This document shows positions 12,947-26,244 of a stretch of 58,249 nucleotides of DNA, piece by piece. Below the pieces are notes generated by a model. That model ran no database searches. It saw only the letters and a program-made list of their open reading frames with translations, and was not told the DNA's origin. Positions within the stretch are counted from its first letter, which is position 1, and the number at the start of each line of letters is the position of its first letter. A program made the position numbers and the translations under genes. Origin of the DNA: Octopus bimaculoides (lineage: Eukaryota); assembly GCF_001194135.2 (NCBI RefSeq), contig NC_068990.1, positions 40,549,300 to 40,607,548 of the forward strand. Reading direction: 5' to 3'.

Positions 12947-13930
12947 ATTTTCATCATTGTTTCTGCATCCACTTTCCATGATTGCAATGGTTGAATGAGG
13001 CCTTTTGTAAAACACACCTCGCCACTTGTTGCATTTCTTTGTCATCTCCTCTCTGAGGTTCAACTTACTGACATCAGCTTTCCCTATTTCTGCCAATTTT
13101 CCATGGCTTTCCTTTTCACAGTTTTCTTCCACTTTGACTTCTTTGCATTTCTTCATTCATCTTATCATCACATGTATTACTTGTCCATACAAAATACAGT
13201 CATCTCTGCACACTACATCGGATTGCCCTTTACTGAGGTCTTTTCTGAGCTTAACTGTGTCATGTAGCTCTTGCACACTACCATTACACATGCAACGAAG
13301 TGTGTGTATAATCTTTATTTCCAACTTTTGCTCATTGTCTGCATTCATTGACTGTTTCTCTACCATGCAGCATCACACTTTGTACATATATGCACTGTAC
13401 ACTTAATCCTCATCATTTGAAGAAAGAAATTCCTTCCTCACCAGTAGAAGTAGTACTTCTCTGAAGTATTTCCACTTTTGCCTTGCTACTATGCTCTCAT
13501 TGCACCCTCCTCTATTTCTGATTGGGTCTCCTAGCTAACAAATAAGTAACTACATCTATGGAGCCTTCCGAACATTAAAAAGAAATCATTTTGCTAATGC
13601 TCTAATTACTAACTCCTCTATGTACATTTGTCACTAGACAGACTTTGTTTACTGTCAGCCTGCTTGTCTTCCCAGTATACATCTTGTACTCCCAGAGTTC
13701 ACACTTGAGTACACTTAATAGTATTCCTACCATCTTTTCTGCATATCAGACTCAACCATTTGCCTGGTAGCTGCAAGGTCCTGTCTTCTTTCTTACTAAA
13801 ACTTCACTCTGCATCAATTTTTCTTTGATTCCTCTTGATTCTAGATTTCATTTTGTTTCTCTTAAACTCTCATGTCCCTCTCTCCCTTTCCACTTCGATA
13901 TCCTTCTTCTCTAAATCTCCTTAATTTATA
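12947..13930 (-). mobile_element. Decayed RTE-clade LINE, RT C-terminal region to 3' end
   Basis: Frameshifted remnants such as LESRGIK..., PGKWLSLICRK..G.NTIKCTQ, LGDPI...GGCNESIVAR, MLHGRET, LRCMCNGSV, MKKCKEVKVEENC, LNLREEMTKK...WR follow the RTE ORF order; ends in CCATTGCAATCATGGAAAGTGGATGCAGAAACAATGATG. Confidence 0.8.
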
Positions 13931-14319
13931 TCATCCGACTTCCGAGCCCTCTCTCATTCCCAGTTCCTACTTCCTATAACTGAAACTTTACCAGGAGGAT
14001 GATGTGATGTGGACTCCACAATCCATTGGGAAAGCAATCCATCTAGGAGACTGGTAACTCTGAATAAGTTGTTACAGCGTGTCTAAGAAGACAATCCCTC
14101 AGGTGTTGGTGGTATGATAAAAAGTATCCAACCCAAGCTGTAAAGGGATCAGTAGTTGATGCAATACTCCAACACATTACTATGTGTGAGTGTGTGTATA
14201 TTAAACATAGTATTTCATCACCTTTTAACATCTTTTAAATGATGATGATGATGATATACTGTCTGTCTATGTATATTTCTCTATATTTTATTTACAAAGA
14301 TATCATGTGTGTCTTTTAT

Positions 14320-14635
14320 TGTAGCCTGTGGCCAACAAAGCCATGTGAGTGAACTCTAGATGGAAACTGAATGAAGCCATGTCTTTGTGCCCCCCCTCAT
14401 CTTGACAGTGCTTGGTATTTGCGAAATAAGTATCAGCATCATAGAAGCAGTGTCACTTTTTTTCCAATGTTTTATGGTAACATGTCTGGTTATGGAGGAA
14501 ATTTTTACCTTGCTTAGAAACAAATGAAGATTGGTGACTGGAAGAGCATCAAGCCTTAGAATATTTACTTTATGGAACTTCTGTTAGACCCTGGCAAGCA
14601 TGGAAAAGTAGGCATTAAAGTGAAGAGAATGATTA
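14320..14635 (+). mobile_element. SINE-A body with RTE-type tail (degraded)
   Basis: CAAAGCCATGTGAGTG...GATGGAAACTGAATGAAGCC body, then TTGGTGACTGGAAGAGCATC and tail GCAAGCATGGAAAAGTAGGCATTAAA. Confidence 0.65.
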
Positions 14636-14739
14636 TATAATATGTATATAAAATATATATAATATGCATGCTTATATATTTTTGTATGTGAAACAAAATA
14701 TCCATAAACTATATAGACTCCCTGAACAAGTTCACCCCT

Positions 14740-15142
14740 AAAGTAAGCTTGCTTGCCAACCACATGCTTCTGGGTTCAGTCCCACTTGAGCAAGTGCCTT
14801 CTACTATAGCCTCAGGCCAACCAAACCTTTGTGAGTGGAGTTTGTAGGTGCAAACTAAAAGAAGCCTGTTGTATGTATATGTATATATATATATATATAT
14901 ATAAGGGCACATAGATATGTATATATAAAGCGGACGTTAAACGATATATATATACATATCTATGTGCCCTTGTTTGCTCCCCCACCATCAGCATTTGACA
15001 ACTGTTGTTGGTGTGTTTACATCCCTGTAACTTAACATTCCGGCAAAAGTGACCGACAGAATATTAAAAAAAAGATACTAACAATCCGAAGCGGTACCCC
15101 AGCATGGCTGCAGTCTAATGACTGAAGCAAGTAAAGAAAAAT
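14740..15142 (+). mobile_element. SINE-A near full length, CR1-type tail
   Basis: GGGTTCAGTCCC B box, GAGCAAGTGCCTTCTACTATAGCC, expanded internal TA tract, tail GCGGTACCCCAGCATGGCTGCAGTCTAATGACTGAAGCAAGTAAAG. Confidence 0.85.
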
Positions 15143-15153
15143 TATACATATAT

Positions 15154-15193
<40 letters not shown>

Positions 15194-15204
15194 TATCATC
15201 ATCG

Positions 15205-15590
15205 TCATCATCATCATTGTTTAACGTCTGCTTTCCATGCTAGCCTGAGTTGGACGATTTGACTAAGGACTGCCGAACCAGATGGCTGCACCAGGCTCCA
15301 CTCTGATCTGGCAGAGTTTCTACAGCTGGTTGCCCTTCCTAACGCCAACAACTCTGAGAGTGTAGTGGGTGCTTTTATGTGCCACTGGCACGAGGGCCAG
15401 TCTGGGGGTACTGGCAACGGCCACGCTCAAATGGTGTTTTTACATGCCACCTGCACAGGAGTCGGTACAGCGGCTCTGGCAACGACCTCACTCAAATGTT
15501 TTGTTCACGTGCCACTGGCATAAGTGCCAGTAAGGCAACGCTGGTAATGATCACGCTCAAATGGTGCTTTTTACATGCCACCAGCACGGA
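15205..15590 (-). mobile_element. RTE-tailed SINE-like repeat with internal ~130-bp dimer
   Basis: Begins ATCATCATTGTTTAACGTCTGCTTTCCATGCTAG (reverse complement of the RTE tail) and contains GCCCTTCCTAACGCCAAC; CACGCTCAAATGGTG...TTTACATGCCACC at 15422 and 15552. Confidence 0.75.
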
Positions 15591-16371
15591 AGTTTACCAC
15601 AGTTACATAAAAATATCTTGAAATACTTACTAAAGAGTAAATTTATTCAATAAATTTACGATTTGCTTCAACAACAGTCTCCAGATAACTTTGGAATCTC
15701 CTGCAACTCTTCTGGATGGTCCCCTTGTGTAAGTTGGTGAATGCTGCCATAATCCTTGCTTTCAGTCCATCTTTGTTACTACAAGGAGTTTTGTTGGTCT
15801 TTTGCTCAACTGTGCCCGAGACATAATAATTAAGGAGTTTGCAGTCTAGGGAGTTAGATGGCCAGACGTTAGGGGTAATGTGGTTGCAGAAATTGTCTTA
15901 CAACCTTGACTGGGTTCTCCTGCTTGTAGGGCATGGTGCAGAGTCTGGTTGCCAGACAGCATAGAATCTTCCAGCAGCCGCCCTTTGACCCGGGCAGCAC
16001 AACCTCCTCCAGGCACTTGATGTAGGTCTCCGTGTTGAGTCTGAGGCAGTGTGGGAAGATGAATGGAGGCATAATATCACCACTGCTAGAGATAACTGCA
16101 AACACAGATGTTGACTGGATCTTTGGATTTTACCACTCTCGGTACTTGTTCTCAGACTGACACTCACTCACTCTGAAATGTTCGGATTTGAGCTTATGAT
16201 GCAAATGCCAAACTGTACAGCATGTCATTTCCAAATTTCTGGCAGAGTGAATTGCGTCATGGTGCTGTTTTTGTTACAGATGGTGACCAACTGACCCTAC
16301 TATATTGTGTAATCGACAAAATCAAAAACAGTGCGTATGTGTGAAATTAAAACTCTACCTATCACACCCTG
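15591..16371 (-). mobile_element. Tc1/mariner superfamily, maT (DD37D)-type transposon remnant
   Basis: Minus strand VWQPDSAPCPTSRRTQ...VWPSNSLDCKLLNYY has 37 residues between the QPD aspartate and the third catalytic position (here N); premature stop and internal deletion; 5' TIR CAGGGTGTG ends at 16371 next to TA. Confidence 0.85.
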
Positions 16372-16649
16372 TATATATATATATGCAGTATCAAGTTTGC
16401 TTTTAATGTATGCAGCAAAACCTTCGTAATCTATGAACTTTCTAAACAAGTTTATCCCTGTACAAGGATCTCAAACAAGGATAAGACTAAGGCAATATGA
16501 ATACAAGATATAGAAAATATACAGTCAGCAAAACATACAAATAAACAAGCACATTAAACGTATGCATCTCATCAGCTGCCTCATGGATGTCATTGCAGTT
16601 TTGATACCTGGGCAGTACCACTCAAGCTGTCTCTTTCTCCCTCTGTATA

Positions 16650-16660
16650 TATATATATAC

Positions 16661-16719
<59 letters not shown>

Positions 16720-17090
16720 ATATAGTTATAGTTATATATATATATATTTGTATATATACACACATATATATACATATACATATGTAATATATTTTTATAT
16801 GTATATTTATATATATAATATACTTTTATATGTATATTTATATATATATGTTTTTATATGAATATATATATTTGATTTTATATGTATATTTATATATATA
16901 TGTATTTATATATATTTATATATATATATATATTTATATATATATGTATTTATATATATTTATATATATATATATATTTATATATATATGTATTTATATA
17001 TATTTATATATATATATACATTTATATATATCTATANNNNNNNNNNNNNNNNNNNNNNNNNNNNNNNNNNNNNNNNNNNNNNNNNNNNNN

Positions 17091-17135
<45 letters not shown>

Positions 17136-17352
17136 TTATATGTATCATTATATATAAATTTATATATATATATATATTGGTATATAATTATATATATATA
17201 TTTGTATATTCATATATATATATATTCATATATATATATATATATATTGATAGATATATATATATATATATATATTTGTTTGTATATTTATGTATATATA
17301 TTTGTATGTCAATATATACATATATTTGTATACTGTTGTATGTATATATATA

Positions 17353-17387
<35 letters not shown>

Positions 17388-17507
17388 TTGTATTATGTAT
17401 ATATATATATTTATGTGCATGTATACGTATAAATATATCTATATATATATATATTTGTATGTTTATATATGTATATTTATATTTGTATATATATATATGT
17501 GTATGTT

Positions 17508-17546
<39 letters not shown>

Positions 17547-17610
17547 ATTTTATATATATTTGTGTGTGTATATACATATATTTGTATATTGATATATATG
17601 TATGTATAGT

Positions 17611-17645
<35 letters not shown>

Positions 17646-17650
17646 ATTCA
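16650..17650. repeat. (CA)/(TA)-rich low-complexity tract with N gap
   Basis: Degenerate TA/TG repeats; gap 17037-17090; source of several spurious I/Y-rich ORFs. Confidence 0.92.
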
Positions 17651-17759
17651 TTTTTTTATTTATTTATTTATGTGTTTCAGCCAAGTGGCTGCGGTCATGC
17701 TGGTGCACCAATATTCATATATATATATTTGTATATAGATATATATACTTATATATATA

Positions 17760-18010
17760 ATATGTATTTTCCTTACTCACTTAGAATGGATGGTTTGATA
17801 GGAGGTAGCTCACTAGAAATCCGTCTCTGTCTTCAGTTGTCTGTTTTGGCATAGCTTTTATGGCTGGATGCCCTTCCTAACACCAACCACTCTAATAAGT
17901 ATACTGGGTGGTCTTTATGTGACACCAGCATGGATGCTTTTTATGTTGCACCAGCACCAGGCCTGTCACCAAGTAGCTTTCAAGACTAGTCCTCTCAGTT
18001 GAGAGATGTA
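17760..18010 (-). mobile_element. RTE-tailed SINE-like repeat fragment
   Basis: Contains GGCTGGATGCCCTTCCTAACACCAACCACT shared with 15205-15590 and 44455-44640. Confidence 0.65.
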
Positions 18011-20065
18011 TTGGAACCGTGAGAGGTCTCTGTGATGTAAGTGTGTGTGTGTAAGTATATATATTGAGCATTGAAAATATACAAATTGTACGTGTAACAC
18101 TTCTCAGCTATGGGAACTAGAAGCTGCATAGTTTTGTTGAAATCCACAAAGACCTAATATTCTACGGTACTAATAATCCAGCTGTGCCAATGATAATTCA
18201 CATCACTGGGGTGATAGGTATTTTTAAAAAACAGCTTTAGATTGAAGAAGACAACACGTGAGGTTGCAAGTACAGAACATATAGATTAGTTTTTTTTCAC
18301 AGTTTATGGAAACAAAACCCCACTGTCCTAGTGCTAGTATCTAACTAAAGGACTTTCATCACATTATAAATGAGAGGCGTGTATTTAAAAATGTCCCTCC
18401 ACAACTTGCCAGAAGTTCCTGTGCACCTACGGGGTGGGGGGGGGATATCAGAGTTGCAAGAGACTGCCTCAACCAAGATAGTATATATCTATATATGTCA
18501 TCTGTGTGTTTGTTCACAAGAACAATGTTTATAAGTACAAAATAAAGTACTTGATGCTTGTGGAGGCAGTGTTTGTTATAACTTTTATTAAATTAGTTTT
18601 ATATTTGATTCTGTTTTAATTCCAGTGAAATTGGATCAGAAACTTTATGTTGTGATTTGATTAGAATCAAAAAAATAAATTAACTCTATGAACCTCATCT
18701 AATAATAATAGGTGACATTACCAGACAGCCACTGGGTTGTTAAAGAAGAATTATATTAATTAGCCATCTATTGTCTAAGAGACAGACAAATATTAATAAT
18801 ACTAAGCAAATGGTGACTACTATCTTAGTTTATGTGTTTTAATGTGGTCTCGAGACTTCAACTGTCACAATTTTCATTGTAATTTTATCATCCTTATCAC
18901 AATCCTTATAATTATTTATGTTCAATTAACATCATTATTATTAATATTTTTGTTCTTGATATTATTTTCTTTAACTGGGATAGGGGCTTTGCTTAATCTG
19001 GAGTAGCAAAATATTGTTATTGTTTTTAGCAGCTTTATAATTTTGGTTGTAGAATGGTTATAAGTATAATATAAATGGGGATGGGACCATGTCAATATAA
19101 AAAGCATTTGATTCTCCATTTACAGCTTTCAATTCACCACTTTGTATATACATATAAATGCTTATATATAGTGTTTATATATGTATACTGCACAAATTTG
19201 TATGTGTGTACACTACTCAGTTGTATAATTTGATATATCATGCAGATGTTGTATTGTAGTAGTATATTGGCATAACTGGTTAACAGCTCATCAATTAAGG
19301 TGGAGTGCACTGGGTTACTTCTGGTTTGTACAGTTGTGATTTTTTTTATTATCACCATTTTTTTATTGCATGAATGCCCAGGATGGGTGTCATACTACAT
19401 AGCTGTCCCATTCCTCTCTACCTTTCCCCCCCTCTCTCTCTCTCTCTCTCCATTGTAATAACATAAACTGTTCATCTATAATCACCATATGTGATGGGTG
19501 GTTTCTGAGAATCGGAAGCTTTTTTTTTTTTTTTTCCATTCTTGGGACAGATTTCTGAATTTCCTGAAAAGAACAAAACAATAACTCCTACTGCTATCCA
19601 GAGAGGACAGCCACTAATCCTAGGAAAAGCATAAACGTTACAACACTTCCTTTCCCTGCTCTTTAAAAAGTCCATTCTTTTGACACATGTGTGTATAAGG
19701 ATGAAGGAGTATGTAATGAAAGGTTCTGTTAATGCTGGTTATGTTTCATAACTTAATTTTTCCCTTCACAACCAACGTAAAGAAAGAGCTGGTAAGGTTA
19801 ACTCCACAAGATTACTCAGCTTGCTAGACATAACAGCCACCTCACACCTACTGTCATACAAAAAAAAAAAAGCATTTGGTCAATATATTTCATTGCCTGG
19901 GAAATAAATAACTGCTTGGTCATGGCCGGAGTACCTTTGATTATAGGTGTGTTCAGTTACAACTAAGTTAAACAATCTCGTAGAATGAGTTGGGATTTCG
20001 TTGTTCTGTATCTAATTGTGTTTATCAATATTGAAAGTAGATCTATACTTTCTACATTTATATAT

Positions 20066-20109
<44 letters not shown>

Positions 20110-20929
20110 ATATATATATATATATATACTCATATGCATAGACTGACTGGTGTGATGGTTGGTGACCGAGTTCGTTTAGTTACCATAGTAATTTAGTTAC
20201 TCTCTCTCCCTTTATGTATGTGTGTGATATTAGAGTTGTAGTGGTGATGATGGTTACTGTCACAGCAGCTGATATACATAGTAACGATAGTTTATTATAA
20301 TGCATTAATGAAGTAAAATGTATTGTCTCAGCAGGGATATATGGATAGCAAGACAGTATGTTAACGGTAGCTGATAATGTACACATTCACCCACATACTG
20401 TGCAACGTATGAGATGCATATTCATGCGTGTTACTTGTGTATGGAAATAAGTGTATGTGTATTTACTTATGAGTGTCTATGACCTGATTGTGCTGGAAGG
20501 AGATATATACAGTTATATGTGTGTGTGTGTGTGCGCTCCCCTCCTGCAACTTTATTTCCTCATGACTTTCTTAAAAATGCATATTTTATTATAACAAAAT
20601 TTTTGTGAAGATGTTTTCGATTATATAGATTTATAATGTGTTGGGGAAAAAAAACCTCCTGACTTTCTCCATAATTTTGCTAAAAATACATAATCTTTGA
20701 TGGAATTTTGCAAAGCAGCACATTTTCGAGAGCATACATTATGACTGTCAATAAAATTTAGGAAATTTTTTTTTTTTATTTGCAGGAGTTTTCTTTCATT
20801 CTCCACTACCACCAATTACTGTAACTTTAGCATTTTTCCTCCAGTTTTTTGTTTTGTTCAGATTTATGTTTGAAACATCAGCATTATATAATTCACACTA
20901 TTGGAAACGTCTCTGCATACATATAAATA

Positions 20930-21140
20930 CATTTTCATTTTATGTCTGCTTTCCATGCTGGCATGGGTTGGACAGTCATCACAAATCGAGTCATTTCTTA
21001 TTGAGAGCTGCATCACCTGAAGGCTGGTGCTCGTATGTGTCATTTGTCTTGCTTTGTATACAGCTGGATGCCCTTCTTATACCAGCCAATTCATAGAGTT
21101 TATGGGACGCATTTTCTCTTGGTACTAACACTGCAGGTAG
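20930..21140 (-). mobile_element. RTE-tailed SINE-like repeat fragment
   Basis: TGTCTGCTTTCCATGCTGGCATGGGTTGGAC tail and CAGCTGGATGCCCTTC motif. Confidence 0.72.
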
Positions 21141-22389
21141 TATTATAAGTCCTCATTGAGACAGCGTTAAAAGGACTTCACAATCCTAGGTCCCTTAGCT
21201 CATTTGTCTACCATGAAGCAGTGTGTATTGTGCACTTTTCATGGCCCTAATACTGTTCACTCCAGTAGGAGTGTGGTAGGGTGCCTTGTACAGAGTCAAA
21301 GTTGGGTGTAATCAATAACTTACCATGTGTAAACCTAAATATATGTACATATATATGTATAAATATCGACATTAAATGTATATTTATCCTTGAATATATA
21401 TATATGTGTATTAGTGTTTATCTCCCACACTGTTTGACAACCAGTACTGGTTTGTTTACATCCCCCAAAATAGCCATTCAGCAAAAGAGACCAATAGAAT
21501 ATGGACCGGACTTAAAAACTAATTAGTGGAATTCATTCTCGCTTAAATTTTTGTGACATAGTACCATTTTCAAGTCCTACATAACTATCTGAAGTCATTT
21601 AAATTTCATATAGCCATTATTTAATAACTTTATCAATACAAAGCCTTCACGACAGACATTTGTTTATTCACTAGTAGCAGACCACGTTAGTTGTGAATAA
21701 ACATTCTTCCCCCAAACTGAATGTAATATTATTAAGATGCAAATGTTTAAAATAAAATCTAACGCTACATGCTCAACTCCTAACAACCCACTCTCTCTGA
21801 AGTACAAGTTAATAGGTAATACTTTCACTGCAGACAATAGTGTTTAGTATGGAAGAGAAGGTATAAAGATGCCTGGATCTTGTGGTTAGATGGTTTCAAA
21901 TAGCATTAGATTTTCTTTCTTTATATTTGCATTATCATAATATCAAAGTTCAAGAGTTTTATATATGGAAGAGAGACATTAAATGATGATGATGATGATA
22001 GAGATAAGTGTGTGTGTGTGCATATGCATATTATTGATATATATAGTTGAATATATTGTATATATTATTGACATAAGTGTGTGTGTATGTGTATATATAT
22101 ATATATATATACACACATATTTTGATATATGTATATTGATGTGCATATTTATATATATATATACACACATATTTTGATATATGTATATTGATGTGCATAT
22201 TTATATATATATATATATATAAATTGGTAGATAGAGACAGATGGATAGATAGATAAATTTATATATTCTGTCCCACTCATTGTTTTCATAATTTTGAATC
22301 GCATTGTTCAGTAGTAGATCCAACAAAAAGACCACAGGCCAGCTCCTTTTAGTGGCAAAAATATTCGGTTTCTTTTATATATGTATTTA

Positions 22390-22448
<59 letters not shown>

Positions 22449-23247
22449 CCAGAGGCTATACATAGAAAGAAGTGGCGATCAAGCAAATCTGGTTGGAAAT
22501 AGATTCCTTGTAAAAAATGCAACAAAAAATCTTGATTAATCATGAAAAATGTGTAATATCATAAAAACTACAATGTAGGTCTTTCCAGTTTATGTTCACA
22601 AAAAAAAAAAAAAAAGGGTCAGTATACAATGTATTTGTGTACTCAAACGTATATCTTAGTATGTGTAAACTAATATATTTACTAATGAACCGCAACTAAC
22701 CATAGGAAATATATGTTGGGAATTTATATATAAAGTATAATTTGTATACTGTCATGCATATGTGTTGGCTCTTGCCCTGTCAACAACTTGTCTGCTTGCT
22801 TTGCGCTTTTGAAGTCATGTGGAATAAGAGATCCCTTACTTAAAAAACAAGTAGGAGTTAATGACTGGAATGAGATCATAGTGTAAAACAAAGCCTCGTA
22901 ACAGGTTTGTCTAACCCATCCTAGCATAGAAATTCATCAAACTAAACAAGTGGTAGCTTACATCCATCCATCCCTCTCTCTCTTTTTTTCTTTGCACATG
23001 CACACACATTTATACATTCACTTATTTTTTTAAGTCTTACATTATTCTCTTGGCCTGGTTTGCTGAAGTGCCAAAGTATGGACTCATAAATTAACACTGG
23101 TTGTCAAGCAGTATTGGGGCCCTGAAAATAAACACAAGGATGCATACACACACACACTCAAATGCATGTATGCATATGTGTGTGTGTAACATTTATTAAT
23201 ACATAAGCATTGCTCTATGTATTTTGCTTTGCCTATGCCTTTTCAGA

Positions 23248-23282
<35 letters not shown>

Positions 23283-23757
23283 AACATGCTTACACATGTG
23301 CACTCACACACAAACAGAAGTTAAGAGTTAATGCTGAAACTATTTACTTCTGTCAGTCTTACACATGTTTCAGTGACTATTATGGATCCTAATTAGACTA
23401 CCTTGAACAAGTTTATACATTATATATCCTCTCATCATCGAAGCAAAAGCGTGTAACTTTAACAATGTGCAGGTATATAAAATTACACCTTGCTTAAATT
23501 ATTTCATTCTTTAATTTCTCATTATAATTTTCTCTTAAACATAAATCTGAATGACATAAGTAGATAATTTCAGCCAACTCCACTTGTTTTCTTTTCTTTG
23601 TATCCTCTGTGATCTTTGTAATTCTAGAGACCAGTAACAAAAGTGGGTGAATAATATGCAAGGATTCTTTTCACTGTATAAATATAGTCATGGAGTTCTA
23701 AATACTTTTTGTATGTTGTGCACCTTACTTCACTATGTAAAAAGTACACATAGATAG

Positions 23758-24345
23758 AGGCACTGTTGTGTGATAAGATACTCGCCCTAAGTGCATGGCA
23801 CTGAGAGCAAGTGACTTCTGTTATAGCCTTGGGCTGACCAAAGCCTTGTGATGGCTTTGGTAGATGGAAATAGAAAGAAAGAAGCCTATTTTATACATAC
23901 AGTAATCCCTTGCTATATCGTGTTCACCTATCTCAGTTTGTTATTTAAGCTTACGTCGATTCCTCCATGGTGTTGTTTTGTGTTTATAATAAAATAAATA
24001 TATATAAATTATAGAAATAGTAGTAAAAGAATATACAGTACTGTTTTTACTTCACGGATTTTCACCTATCAAGGGGAGATTTGGAATGTAACACCTCGAG
24101 TTAGTCAAGCGATCACTGTGTGTGTGTGTGTATATGTGTGTGTATGTGTGTATGTGTATCACTGTGTGTCCTTGCGTCTATCCCCCACCATTGCTTGGTG
24201 GGTTTATGTTCCCATAACATACCAGTTCAGCAAAAGAAACTGATAGACTAAATACTAGCCTTAAAAATACTGGGTTTGACTCATTCTACTAAAATTCTTC
24301 AGCCCGGTGCCTTGGTGTGGCTGCAGTTTAATGACTGAAACAAAA
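23758..24345 (+). mobile_element. SINE-A copy interrupted by a MITE
   Basis: Head/body 23758-23890 (GAGCAAGTGACTTCTG, CCAAAGCCTTGTG), 3' half 24120-24345 ending GGCTGCAGTTTAATGACTGAAAC. Confidence 0.75.
23900..24118. mobile_element. pogo/Tigger-like MITE nested in SINE-A
   Basis: Left end TA|CAGTAATCCCTTGCTATATCG; the right end reverse-complements to CAGTGATCGCTTGACTAACTCG; flanked by TA and TG. Confidence 0.65.
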
Positions 24346-24391
24346 AAATGTATACGTGTGTCTAATGGCCGAGTTGAGCAATATACATACA

Positions 24392-24433
<42 letters not shown>

Positions 24434-24649
24434 GACAGTTTGATAGATAGATAGATAGATATACACACACTCACACTACTACTACTTATATTATGATATA
24501 CAGACTGAATGTAAATATTAGATCTCTGTAATGTAATGTTATAAAGTGTTCCCTTGATGATCTGCTGCACCTAGAACATCAAATGCAGAGTTCCAAACAA
24601 CTTCTATGATGAGATATATATAGGAACTAATGATGTGTGTGTGTGTGTG

Positions 24650-25052
24650 TGTGTTTCATCTATGCAGACGTGCACACTGTTTGCTTGTATCGTTTAGATG
24701 GAATTCGTAGAGGCAAATTTTCTAAGGCCATATACTCTTACTATTGCTACCTCTCACCTGTTTAGGTAATATTTCCTCATGGTCAAGACATATCTTTATG
24801 GAAGATTGAAAATGAATGACTCTGCTTATATGACAGTAACACACTACTATTTTGCTTTGTCAAGACAAGCAGACACTAACACACTCTCCCACTCGACAGG
24901 CTTCTTTCAGTTTCCATCTACCACCGGTACCTACTAGGCTTTGGGTAGCCTACAGCTTTTGTCAAAGACACTCGCTCAAGGTAACATGCAGTGGAACTGA
25001 ACCCAAGACTGCATGAATGGGAAGCAAAGTTCATTATAACATAGCTGTGTCT
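24650..25052 (-). mobile_element. SINE-A head/body with degraded RTE-type tail
   Basis: GGCTTCTTTCAGTTTCCATCTACCA, AAGACACTCGCTCAAGG, GGAACTGAACCC B box (reverse complement). Confidence 0.7.
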
Positions 25053-26244
25053 GCAACCACACACACACTTGTGTTCTACGTTGAATGGTTCAATAAGATC
25101 CAACGAATTGAGGTTCTGTATTGTGCTCTAGTATCAGCTTCTGCAGCCAGAAGCCTTTCCTAACGTCAACCACTTTGCAGAGTATGCCGTTTTTTTTGGG
25201 TTTTTTTTCTTGCTCCGAGCACTGCAGATTGGAAGAAGTGCCAAATGTGGGCCCCGTAACTGAAGGAGAATAGAAGAGGGCATGGTATTTTAGTGAGTTG
25301 ATGAGGAAGCGTCAAATAACATGAGTATAATAGAGAGGGTGGTAGTTGAGAGTAACAGAGTAAACACTATTGGTGGGGGTGGGGTGAGAGTTAGTGAGAA
25401 GGGCGGGGGCTCAGTGGCATTGTTTATAAGCTGAGTTGTAAGAGGTTGGGTCCAGGGCTAGCCAACATTATAAAGCGAATATGGACGGGAGATGTGAGTG
25501 AAATGGGAACGAGAGAGGGAGAAATAGATGAGTGTGACATGAAATCAGGAGAGACGTTAACGGAAAGGGGTTGGGTCCGATGGAGAGAAATGAGAGGAAG
25601 GCGTTTCGGATACAGAATAACCGGGGAAGAGGACAGTGACAGAAAATGAAGTGGAGGATCCGGGAGCAATAAATGTGTGTGTGTGTGTGTGCGCATGTAC
25701 ACTTTTTTTTAAATGTGTTATCTTTATATATTTGTGCTTAAAAGTGCATGTATATATATGTATATACATACATGTACAGATGTATGTATATTTGTGTGTC
25801 TATATACACCTATATAATCACACCCATGTATGCATGCTTATATGTATATGTGTGCGCGTGCACATGTGCATATGCTTGTGTATCCCGTGTTAATGTGGAT
25901 GAAATGAGAAGTGCAACCTAGTGCATCCCATCTTTGTTATTTGTTCTTGTATTTGTTAGTATATCATCGCAGTCGATATCGGTTTGAATGAAGAGTTCCC
26001 TGTTTATGCCGGCCACAGTATTTGCTTAGGTCTATTCTGGCTCCGTTTAAACACGCACATATGCACTTTAAACATTAGCTACAGAACATAAACAGATGTA
26101 AATTTTCCAATTTTACGCGTGAATTAAAAAAAAAAAAAATTAATTAGTCTCGTGAATCTGTCCGAAGTCCCTCTCGATCTGTTATCTCCCGTCGTTGACA
26201 CCATTGTTGATGATGATGATGATAGTGGTAATAGTAAACAAGAA

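Noticed and set aside
21661-21703. 11-bp inverted repeat TGTTTATTCAC...GTGAATAAACA
   Set aside because: Too short for a pre-miRNA and roughly at chance expectation in 58 kb of AT-rich DNA.
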